Of a stretch of DNA of 18,521 bases, positions 8,352 to 16,294 are shown in pieces; positions within the stretch are counted from its first letter, which is position 1, and every line of letters starts with the position of its first letter. The notes below the pieces were generated by a model that had not been told where the DNA came from, did not search any database, and saw nothing but the letters and a program-made list of their open reading frames with translations. The DNA lies in contig JAGVWC010000001.1 of NCBI GenBank assembly GCA_018304465.1, forward strand, positions 1 through 18,521, written 5' to 3'. The stretch comes from Candidatus Iainarchaeum sp. GTDB taxonomy: Archaea > Iainarchaeota > Iainarchaeia > Iainarchaeales > JAGVWC01. The position numbers were made by a program, and so were the translations under genes.

Positions 8352-9371
8352 TTATTTATAGGCTACGGTGACCATTCCGTCGTAAAAAAACTCGACTTTT
8401 GAGAAATATTTCTCCAACAAGAGCTTGTATTCCCCAAACACCGGAAAACCATACTGGTTCGGCATGACAAACGTCAGCCATTCCACAAAAACCCGGTTTA
8501 AGGGAGAACTGTTCACCAAATGAAACGAAACCAGTTTTCCGCGTTCATCAATATTTCGCGCCAGATTCTGAATGAATTTGTCCCGCTTGTTTTTTGGAAT
8601 CCGATTCAAATACATTCCCGAAAAAACCGCGTCAAAATCCTGCGGAAGCTCAATTGTTTCCAGCAAATCCAAGGAAATAAAATCGATGTGCTTGTCCCCC
8701 AAATGCACCAGCTTGAGCCGATCTTTGGCTAAATCCAACAGGTCTTTTTCGGAATCCACCGCCACCAAATGCATGGACCCCGACGACGATTCGAAAATAT
8801 CCATCATATCCAACCCGGTTCCGCACCCCAGATTCGCGATCTTTGGGTGATCCGGAAGACCCACCATTAATTTTTTTATGGCAAAATCCCGAAACGAAAA
8901 AAGCGGTCCGAACGCCAGCGAATCCATCATCCGCAAATAATCCAACGCGGATTTGTTCTGGGGCGCGTCACGACCAAACCGAAGCGCGTTTTCCGCCGAA
9001 TGATACAACAAAAGCGTCCAGTCCTCGGCGCCTTGATACTGCGAATGAATAAAATGTTCTTCATCCAAAGAAAGCGAATGCGGTTTTTTTTCCGACAACG
9101 AATACAACCCGTCCGAAAAAACAATGATTCCTTGACTGACCAAAAACCCTAACATGGATTCAAGCATCTCCGTGTGCTTTAGTTCCAAGTCCTTTGAAAT
9201 TTCATTAAAATGACGCGGACCCAACGAAAGCATCTGCACAATGCCTGTTTTTTTGCACAATTCGAAAGCGTAGTAACCATACGCTTTTTCAGCCAGCCCA
9301 AGCAACAAAACATCTTGACGCATTCTCGGATTGACCAGCATATTGGCCAAAAACCCGAATTGATTTGCCAT
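8352..9371 (-). CDS. Class I SAM-dependent methyltransferase with N-terminal winged-helix/dimerisation domain (small-molecule O-methyltransferase-like architecture)
   Basis: KIANLGCGTG motif I, LVAVDS motif II, FDAVFS and GKLV motifs; N-terminal EISKDL...LESMLGFLVSQGII...GLYSL winged helix. The ATG at 9371 is preferred over the TTG at 9377 because of the TATA-like box at about 9397-9404. Confidence 0.85.
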   Translation of the reverse strand: MANQFGFLANMLVNPRMRQDVLLLGLAEKAYGYYAFELCKKTGIVQMLSLGPRHFNEISKDLELKHTEMLESMLGFLVSQGIIVFSDGLYSLSEKKPHSLSLDEEHFIHSQYQGAEDWTLLLYHSAENALRFGRDAPQNKSALDYLRMMDSLAFGPLFSFRDFAIKKLMVGLPDHPKIANLGCGTGLDMMDIFESSSGSMHLVAVDSEKDLLDLAKDRLKLVHLGDKHIDFISLDLLETIELPQDFDAVFSGMYLNRIPKNKRDKFIQNLARNIDERGKLVSFHLVNSSPLNRVFVEWLTFVMPNQYGFPVFGEYKLLLEKYFSKVEFFYDGMVTVAYK

Positions 9372-9542
9372 ACCCAAATAAAACGCAAAAGAAGTATATT
9401 AAAAGAACGGAAAAAAAGAAATCATTTCACGAAATGCCCATTAAACAAAGGCGTTTGAAAAGCACCCCACCCCCGAAGCCACAAGTAGGTTAGATAAAAA
9501 TACGGAAATAAAAGCAAACTTCAAACGGAATTGAATCGCGAA

Positions 9543-12500
9543 CTATGGCTGATTATCCGGCCCGCGTACGGTTTTTTGTTTTAGGGAATAGTAAAGCCTT
9601 AATAGTACCACCGAAAAAAACACGGTTACGGCAAGTCCGCCGACCCAAAAAAACCAGTCGATTCCCGCTTCCGGGAAATGACCCGGGCCGCCGGTGACAT
9701 TCAGATCCGCAACCGGACTTTTCGGAAACACCGATAGCGACGCATGCTTGGGTCCGACCGAGGCATTAATCGAAACCACGTTTCGCTGGCCCTGGAGTTC
9801 CACGATCCCGGACGCGTCGGATTTCTGCGTCTGCGCTCCGTAGCGGACTGTCGCATCGGAAATCGGTTCCCCGTTCGTGTCGGAAACCATCACCGAAAAC
9901 GGTTCGCCGATCAGAACGTTTTCATCCAAAAGCGACAACGCAATGTCGCCCCCAACCGTTGGAACCGTTCCGGGATTTCCACTAATCCGGACGAATTTCG
10001 CGATCTTGACCGTCTGAAAACCAGCCTTGGCGATCTCGATGATGGTTTTTCCCGTTTTTCCGGAAAACGACACCTTGCCCGCGAAATCGGTTTCCTTGTT
10101 CTCATCCGCGTATGCCACCCGGGCTTGGGACACGATGTTTCCCGCATCGTCTTTCACCCCAACCATAAACGCCTGACCATTCACCAGATACGCCGGGGAT
10201 GAAATCTTGAAGTGTTTTAGCGGGATCAGAGAGCAAAAAGAATTGCATGCATCGGGATTCTTGCATTCATAACCGGCCGAGCAATCCGCATTCGAATCAC
10301 AAATCGAAGTAATACACTGCGACGAACAACAAAGTTTTCCCGAATTACAATCCGCATTTGCGGAGCAGGAAGTCTGCGAACAAACCGACGCGGAAGGCAC
10401 ACCCTCACAACAAAAACCACTGGTGACCGCACTGGTTCCGCACAAGCATTTCGAAGAAACCGCACCAGACCCGCATACAGGAAACGAAACACACACCGAA
10501 GAACACGAATTCACATCCCGACAAAACTGAGTCGAAGAACAATCCGAATTCGAATCACACAACGGAACCAAACAAACCGAAGAACAACACAAACTCGACA
10601 CATTACAATCCGAATTCACCAAACAAGACGCGCAAGACACAGCATTTGGAACAGTATTACAACACCAGCCGGACGAGATAGTCTGGGTTCCGCAAAGACA
10701 CGCCGAAGAAACGGAACCATTTGGACAAACAGGAGTCTGCGAAATGCACTGGTGATTCACGCACTGAAAACCGGAATTGCATTCGGCCGAAGCGCAGCAA
10801 TCCCCGGGAAAACAAGCGTTCGAACACCAACGACACGAGGTTTGACCCGTGCACACGGCTTCGCTGGACAAACCCGAACAGGCATTGTCAATCAGATAAA
10901 TGTGGATCCCCTGTGGTTCGAATGAATCGGAAAAACCGTTCGATATCGCGGTCAAAGCGGTTTCATCCACTCTCTGGACTGCGGTTCCGGCGGAAAGCCC
11001 CGCTACGGAAAACAAAACAGATTCGCTTCGCATCTGATTATCCGCGTTCACCGCGAAAATAAAGGTTTTTCCATTGAAATCACGCACAGAAAAATCCATG
11101 CGACGATTTTGAGATTCCACCGCCAAAACACTTCGATTTGAGGGTTGCGAAAGAATCGCGTCCGCCAGATTTGTAATCTGACGATTGGTCCGCGTCAATT
11201 CCTGTTTCAACACAGTGGAAGTCGTGAAATAACCCGTCCAGGATCCGTTCCGAAAACTATGAGTGAAATAACCAATGCCCCGCGCGCCGTGAACGACTGC
11301 TGACCAAGCCTGATTCCGCACCGCTTGGGGAGACGGTTCCGGATTCGCGTCACCAAGCTGGATATCGGTTGCTTCGATGGCGGCAAAGTACGGTTTCTGG
11401 AAATCCGACAACAAACCCAGCTTTTCGGATCCGAGGCCGACTTTGTAACTGTTTTCTGGATGACCATCGTTTGCGGGATAAATCGCGGTCCAACTGATTA
11501 AATCAGTCGCACCAAAGTACTTACGGTATTTGTCGCCCTCCAATTTGGATGCCCAGAAGTCGTCGTCTTTCGGATTATAAGGCGAACAATGATTGACCAG
11601 CGTTGGACGAGATTGTGGGTCCTGGGATTTGACCGAATCGCTTGTGGATTTGAGAGCCTCGGGCAACGTGAGATTGTTCTGCGCGCATTCGGGTTCGTCT
11701 TTTAACAGCCATCCGACGACGGAATCCAAATTCACCAAGGCCGAACTGAAATGGGCAAAAACCCGAATATTGAGATCCAAAGCCAACGGATTCCAAACAG
11801 AAGGCTGCGAATTTTCCGGGGACCCCAATACGGAATTGATACCCACAGCGGAATAACCCCCCAACAAACTGGTATTCGGCGCCCAGATCGCGATCGGAAA
11901 AAACGGTTGATTCTGAAAACGAATCGGCGGGATAAAAGGAACCTTTACGGGTTCCTGTTCCACTGGATTACCCGCCACCAAAACCGAAATTGAGGTTTGC
12001 GCAGACCCGTTTCCCGAGCGGATTTGGGGTGTGACCTTACAAGACCAGGAATCACCTTTTTGTAAAAAACGCGATGGCAGTCTTGCACCCCCCCAATAAC
12101 CCCCGGCAAAATGCCCCCGGATTTCCAACGGCGATAACGCACGCTTGTATAAGGCGACTTCGTCCACGAGGCCCTTGAATTGCGAACCCTTGTTAATTGA
12201 GAAAGCGCCGTTACCCGAAACAGCGGTCGAACCAAATCCAAGGTTGCGATTTTGGACTGCGACACCATCCTGATACACCCAAATCATGTTGTTGTCAAAC
12301 ACTCCGACTACGTGCACCCATTCGTCCTTGGGAGCCCAGCGCGTCCAGCCCGAATCCCAGTGGAAACCGCTTGCGCTGTCGAAATCGAGCGCAAAACCGT
12401 TCCATCCAAAATGCGGAACCGTGGAACTCCAGGTGGTCCCGCCCCGAAAAAGAAGGCGAATCGATCCTTTTTTGATCAAAAAAGGAATCCGGCTTTCAGG

Positions 12501-12977
12501 AATATCCGCAAGATTCTCATACGGCTTCACCCACGCCTCGATGGAAAACGGACCCGTGACATTCAACGAAGGATTATCCAAAACCTCCAAAAAGTCAGAA
12601 TACGAATCGAACTCTGCGGCACCCCCGACTTTTCCGCTCGCAATAAACGATACGCCGGTTGACGACAAATCGTTTGCCTGCGCGTAATCCGCACCGATGT
12701 TTTGCGAATCGTCGAAAGGATAATAAGCAATCAAATCCGGATCCGGAATGACGGTGGACGCGAAAAACTGGCCGTTCTTTTGCCATTCAATCGTGACTCG
12801 GGAAAAATCACCCGCAGCCCCAGGAACAACTTCCACTTGACAGGACAACTCCGAATTGATGGTCAGAGAAGAAGGAACAATCACCGGCGCGGAAACCAAA
12901 GACTGGCCCCCCACAAGACACATAAAAAAAGCGACGAAACAACCAATCCAAAAGAGCCGAAAACAAAACCGCATCAT
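9543..12977 (-). CDS. 1144-aa membrane-anchored surface protein: signal peptide, Ig-like domain with nested LamG, putative glycoside-hydrolase TIM barrel, Cys-rich stalk, beta-sandwich repeats, C-terminal TM; paralog of 3193..7398
   Basis: LamG: LIAYYPFDD...FSIEAWVKP...WVHVVGVFD...VYQDG...FKGLVDEVALYKRALS. GH-like: QPFFPIAIW, VVGWLLKDEPE, AAIEAT, AVRNQAWSAVVHGARGIGYF. The C-terminal region is colinear with that of the 1401-aa protein. TM WFFWVGGLAVTVFFSVVLLRLYY. Confidence 0.8.
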   Translation of the reverse strand: MMRFCFRLFWIGCFVAFFMCLVGGQSLVSAPVIVPSSLTINSELSCQVEVVPGAAGDFSRVTIEWQKNGQFFASTVIPDPDLIAYYPFDDSQNIGADYAQANDLSSTGVSFIASGKVGGAAEFDSYSDFLEVLDNPSLNVTGPFSIEAWVKPYENLADIPESRIPFLIKKGSIRLLFRGGTTWSSTVPHFGWNGFALDFDSASGFHWDSGWTRWAPKDEWVHVVGVFDNNMIWVYQDGVAVQNRNLGFGSTAVSGNGAFSINKGSQFKGLVDEVALYKRALSPLEIRGHFAGGYWGGARLPSRFLQKGDSWSCKVTPQIRSGNGSAQTSISVLVAGNPVEQEPVKVPFIPPIRFQNQPFFPIAIWAPNTSLLGGYSAVGINSVLGSPENSQPSVWNPLALDLNIRVFAHFSSALVNLDSVVGWLLKDEPECAQNNLTLPEALKSTSDSVKSQDPQSRPTLVNHCSPYNPKDDDFWASKLEGDKYRKYFGATDLISWTAIYPANDGHPENSYKVGLGSEKLGLLSDFQKPYFAAIEATDIQLGDANPEPSPQAVRNQAWSAVVHGARGIGYFTHSFRNGSWTGYFTTSTVLKQELTRTNRQITNLADAILSQPSNRSVLAVESQNRRMDFSVRDFNGKTFIFAVNADNQMRSESVLFSVAGLSAGTAVQRVDETALTAISNGFSDSFEPQGIHIYLIDNACSGLSSEAVCTGQTSCRWCSNACFPGDCCASAECNSGFQCVNHQCISQTPVCPNGSVSSACLCGTQTISSGWCCNTVPNAVSCASCLVNSDCNVSSLCCSSVCLVPLCDSNSDCSSTQFCRDVNSCSSVCVSFPVCGSGAVSSKCLCGTSAVTSGFCCEGVPSASVCSQTSCSANADCNSGKLCCSSQCITSICDSNADCSAGYECKNPDACNSFCSLIPLKHFKISSPAYLVNGQAFMVGVKDDAGNIVSQARVAYADENKETDFAGKVSFSGKTGKTIIEIAKAGFQTVKIAKFVRISGNPGTVPTVGGDIALSLLDENVLIGEPFSVMVSDTNGEPISDATVRYGAQTQKSDASGIVELQGQRNVVSINASVGPKHASLSVFPKSPVADLNVTGGPGHFPEAGIDWFFWVGGLAVTVFFSVVLLRLYYSLKQKTVRGPDNQP
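10233..10885 (-). repeat. Cys-rich protein-level repeats (A-B-A-B units)
   Basis: CPNGSVSSACLCG...GWCC and CGSGAVSSKCLCG...GFCC alternate with CxxNxDC...LCCSSxC...CDSNxDC units. Confidence 0.85.
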
Positions 12978-13083
12978 AGAACTACTGTTTTCTATTATAT
13001 AATTATTATCAAAAAGAAAAAAGACAAAAAAAACAATGCACTGCCTAACACGAGAAAGAGCTATTCAGAAATGGTTTTTAACC

Positions 13084-13929
13084 TTATTTATTGAATCCGC
13101 CTTTCAGTCTTTTTCGTTTCATTGATTCCGGTTCTTTAAGATAATTTTCAGGCGTGCTGATTTTCTCTTTCGATTCAATTTCAAGTTTTTTTCTGGCATC
13201 TCCTGCAATCTGTCCGCCCAACCGGGCAGCCTTTTTGTTTTGAACAAATCCTTGCGCCTCTTTGCTTTTGGCAATTTTGGTGGTGGAGACTTCTCCAAGC
13301 ATGGTAAAAATGAGTTCCAAGTCGTTCATATGGTCACGCAGGTTTTGCCTGTCCAGCCTTTTGAATTTCTTGTATTCTTCAACAGTTTTTCCAAAAGTGG
13401 CTTGGCTTATCTCATTGGTCAAAATCGCGTATTCCTTGTCCTCCCTGACACCGCGTTTCTTCCATTCGCCCGTTAGTTCCTGTCGAACCGCAATTCCCCG
13501 AACTCTTTTCTCAATCCATTCCTCCGAATAACCCTTGGCCTTGAAAAGTTCCTTCATCCGTTCTTGTGACAACTCCGGATTTTCAATTTCCTGAACTCGC
13601 TCATAACCGACTTGGGCAAGCCAACGCTTGAAAGGCTCGGCTTTGGGGGAAGGAATAGATTGGATGATTCGGAACATATGCTTTGTGTTCGCACAATCCG
13701 TTTCTCTTCCTTTTCCATCCTCCGCAGGTAGTTTCAACGGTACGATTTTATCGTACAGTTCAAAACCCTCAGCTAAGAGTTTGATTTTCAAGTCGGACCA
13801 ATACCGCTTTGGAATCGTGCTTGCTTCTAAAGCGGTGACAATATCAACAATGGAAAAATACCATTCGTTCGCATGCCATACGCGCCTTATTTTCTTGTCC
13901 TGAAAAACAACCAATGCCTGATTTTCCAT
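13084..13929 (-). CDS. Bro-N domain-containing protein (phage antirepressor-like family)
   Basis: IRRVW...EWYFSIVDIV, YWSDLK, LKLPAEDGKGRETDCAN, RIIQSIPSPKAEPFKRWLAQVGYER and NLRDHMNDLELIFTMLGE motifs; SD-like AGGCGG upstream. Confidence 0.9.
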   Translation of the reverse strand: MENQALVVFQDKKIRRVWHANEWYFSIVDIVTALEASTIPKRYWSDLKIKLLAEGFELYDKIVPLKLPAEDGKGRETDCANTKHMFRIIQSIPSPKAEPFKRWLAQVGYERVQEIENPELSQERMKELFKAKGYSEEWIEKRVRGIAVRQELTGEWKKRGVREDKEYAILTNEISQATFGKTVEEYKKFKRLDRQNLRDHMNDLELIFTMLGEVSTTKIAKSKEAQGFVQNKKAARLGGQIAGDARKKLEIESKEKISTPENYLKEPESMKRKRLKGGFNK

Positions 13930-14095
13930 CTAACCGCCTGACCAACGTTCTCCATCCCCGATATAGCAGATTTCAGTTTAAAAGGAGTTGGAGACCGCAT
14001 TGCCGGTAATTAACACGGTTGTTGGACTACAAACGCTGTAAGTAATTGGGTCGATACTCACCCCAAGCGACAATAGGTCCATAGGCAAAACAGAA

Positions 14096-14114
14096 TTTAC
14101 TCCTGCTGGGATAT
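14096..14114 (-). repeat. att-like copy of the tRNA-Glu 3' end
   Basis: CTCCTGCTGGGAT at 14100-14112 is identical to 15111-15123, and 14096-14114 matches 15107-15125 at 17/19 positions, in the same orientation. Confidence 0.75.
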
Positions 14115-14200
14115 CGGGCAAAAGTATAATGCCCAACTGATTCAAGTGGTTTTTCGTGCCAGCATTTACTGTATCCCACGCACAGCATTTATTGAATTAT

Positions 14201-14219
14201 CTAAGTGCACACCACTTAG
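14201..14219. promoter_or_regulatory. Perfect inverted repeat CTAAGTG-N5-CACTTAG, a candidate operator just upstream of a TATA box
   Basis: 7-bp arms at 14201-14207 and 14213-14219; TTTAAA at 14228-14233; ATG at 14256. Confidence 0.5.
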
Positions 14220-14255
14220 GACTGCAATTTAAACTTTTTGAATAATTTTTCTCGA

Positions 14256-15014
14256 ATGCCTTCGAAAAGATTTCCAAAACATGCGAGAAAAACGCGAGTA
14301 CGCAGATTGATTGAACGAAGATGGCAAAAACAGGAAAGGGAAGTCCAACCCAAAATCGCAGGATTGAGCTTATTTCGAAGGATACTCAAACCCGAAATGG
14401 GATCTTTGCTTCCGTATCATATTGTCCGCCAGTCGGAAGATTTTTCAATTTCAACTTTTCACCCCACGCCGAAGCGAATCCTGATTCGTTCGGATATTGC
14501 ATCTGGAACTGGGATTGATTATTACGTATGGGAAGCCTTGCCGAGAAAAATTTTCGAAGTCGATCCGAATGCCCCTGCCAACACCCAAACAGAAATGAGG
14601 ACATATATGAAACATATCAAAGGATTATACCTACAAGGAGACCCCGGACTACCCGGCTCGGCTGCGACCGCGAGCTACTTTCCGAATTCGGCACGACGGC
14701 TACTTTTCATTTTACACCCCTTGCGCTCATTGGATCATTATGCCTACATCGGCAGTATTGGCGCAAGGAAAGACAGGGAAGGAAAACAGCAGGTGAAAAT
14801 GAAAATAGGCACCGATATAACAAACCCCATATTTCGGAACACGGATAGACTACCCCCAAAAATTCCTCCCGCGCTTAGAAAACGCATCGGCGCTGTGGCG
14901 GGCGCTTTACTCAAAAGCGGTTTAGTCCGTTTTGAGGTTTGCTTTGTAACTTATAAGGACCGACCGGATTACCCGGAGTATTACGATTTGCTGATACGCA
15001 AAATACACGCGTGA
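14256..15014 (+). CDS. Hypothetical basic protein (ORFan-like), about 252 aa
   Basis: Long ORF with no recognised motif. The ATG at 14256 (MPSKRFPKHARKTRVRR) lies about 23 nt after TTTAAA, suggesting a leaderless start; the track's TTG at 14238 is too close to the TATA box. Confidence 0.7.
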   Translation: MPSKRFPKHARKTRVRRLIERRWQKQEREVQPKIAGLSLFRRILKPEMGSLLPYHIVRQSEDFSISTFHPTPKRILIRSDIASGTGIDYYVWEALPRKIFEVDPNAPANTQTEMRTYMKHIKGLYLQGDPGLPGSAATASYFPNSARRLLFILHPLRSLDHYAYIGSIGARKDREGKQQVKMKIGTDITNPIFRNTDRLPPKIPPALRKRIGAVAGALLKSGLVRFEVCFVTYKDRPDYPEYYDLLIRKIHA

Positions 15015-15108
15015 ATTACAGTCTTCGAAAACTCAAAGAACCTTTTTGCAGGAACGAAAAGCCGCGAAAAATATTTTTCCCTCGGCTTTTCCATTGAAAA
15101 GACTGGTT

Positions 15109-15183
15109 TGCTCCTGCTGGGATTTGAACCCAGGTTACAAGGTTGAAAGCCTCGTGTCCTTGACCGGGCTGGACGACAGGAGC
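15109..15183 (-). tRNA. tRNA-Glu (anticodon TTC), intronless, CCA not encoded
   Basis: Cloverleaf: acceptor GCTCCTG/CAGGAGC + discriminator A; D-stem GTCC/GGAC; anticodon arm CGAGG-CTTTCAA-CCTTG; T-arm CTGGG-TTCAAAT-CCCAG. Confidence 0.97.
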
Positions 15184-15285
15184 GAATAAAGGGTGAAAAA
15201 ATCGTTTAAATAACCTCTTTGGGAAGCGTTTAAAAAGCATTCCATTCCACAATTTAGTACTCAAAATCGAATTTTGTGTTTTGTT

Positions 15286-15447
15286 ATGGCTCGATTTCCA
15301 GAAGCCGACCAACGGCTTTTTACCAATGTTTTCGTGTGCATGAGATGCAACGGCAAAAACCGCGGAAGCCCAGGAAAAAAACCACTTTCCTGCCGACACT
15401 GCGGAAGCAAGCGCCTGCGACTCAAACACAAGACGAAGAAAGCATAA
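15286..15447 (+). CDS. rpl40e: 50S ribosomal protein L40e, 53 aa; not in the ORF track
   Basis: MARFPEADQRLFTNVFVCMRCNGKNRGSPGKKPLSCRHCGSKRLRLKHKTKKA has the MARFPEA start and the CMRCN...CRxCG.K.LR.K zinc ribbon of archaeal L40e. Confidence 0.96.
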   Translation: MARFPEADQRLFTNVFVCMRCNGKNRGSPGKKPLSCRHCGSKRLRLKHKTKKA

Positions 15448-15459
15448 AAGCGTGAACGA

Positions 15460-16263
15460 ATGCTGTCCGACTATTTGACCGCGATTCGACCACTTAACTG
15501 CATTCTGGCCGGTTTTGCCGTGCTCATCGGAGCCAGCATCTCCAATTTCGGATTCATTTTCAATTTCACCATACTCACCGCCATGGTTTCGGCATTCTTT
15601 ATTTGCGGCGCGGGACAAGTCATCAATGATTATTTCGATTTCGAAATCGACAAACGCAAAGGAAAACACCAGCTTGAAAACAAAAACAAATACCTATTCT
15701 ACGCCTTGATTCTTTTTGTCATCGGAAACACCTTGGCCTGGCTCGTCAATATCACCGCGTTCCAAATCGCCGGAATGATCACGATATTGCTTGTAGTGTA
15801 TTCGGGTTTGCTGCACCGCTACAAAATACTTGGAAACATTCTTGTGGCGCTGGGAACCGCATTGCCCCTCGTATTCGGAGCAACGATTTTCGAACGCTAC
15901 CAAACGGTTTTACTTTTGGCGGGAGCCGCTTTTTTTGCTAACTGGGCCCGCGAAATCGTCAAAGACGTTCAAGACGAAAAAGCGGATTTTGGAACCAAAA
16001 TCACGTTACCCATGCTGGTGCGCGCCCACGTGCTCGACCTCATCGTGACCCTATTGGTTCTCTTGGCCATCATCACTTCGTTTTTACCCGTTTACTTCGA
16101 ATTGTTCGGAAACTTCTGGTTTTTGATTCTCATCGGATTATCCAGTTTATTGTTCATCAAAGCTACGATTGACTTTCGAAGCCTGCGCATCGAAGAATCC
16201 CAAACCACCTTCAAAATCGCAATGGCCATCGCATTACTCGGGTTTTTTTCCGGCGTATTGTAA
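15460..16263 (+). CDS. UbiA-family prenyltransferase, probably digeranylgeranylglyceryl phosphate (DGGGP) synthase
   Basis: IRPLNC start, INDYFDFEIDK, YS..L, GNILVA and AREIVKDVQDEKAD Asp-rich motifs; multiple TM helices; begins 12 nt after rpl40e. Confidence 0.88.
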   Translation: MLSDYLTAIRPLNCILAGFAVLIGASISNFGFIFNFTILTAMVSAFFICGAGQVINDYFDFEIDKRKGKHQLENKNKYLFYALILFVIGNTLAWLVNITAFQIAGMITILLVVYSGLLHRYKILGNILVALGTALPLVFGATIFERYQTVLLLAGAAFFANWAREIVKDVQDEKADFGTKITLPMLVRAHVLDLIVTLLVLLAIITSFLPVYFELFGNFWFLILIGLSSLLFIKATIDFRSLRIEESQTTFKIAMAIALLGFFSGVL

Positions 16264-16294
16264 ACGCGGGTTTTTTATTCAGAAAAAAAAGTGA

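Noticed and set aside
13978-14145. Short TTG-start minus-strand ORF of about 55 codons upstream of Bro-N
   Set aside because: It has no motif or RBS and runs through the att-like site and promoter region.
15016-15669. 217-aa minus-strand ORF
   Set aside because: It overlaps tRNA-Glu, rpl40e and the prenyltransferase, all of which are much better supported.
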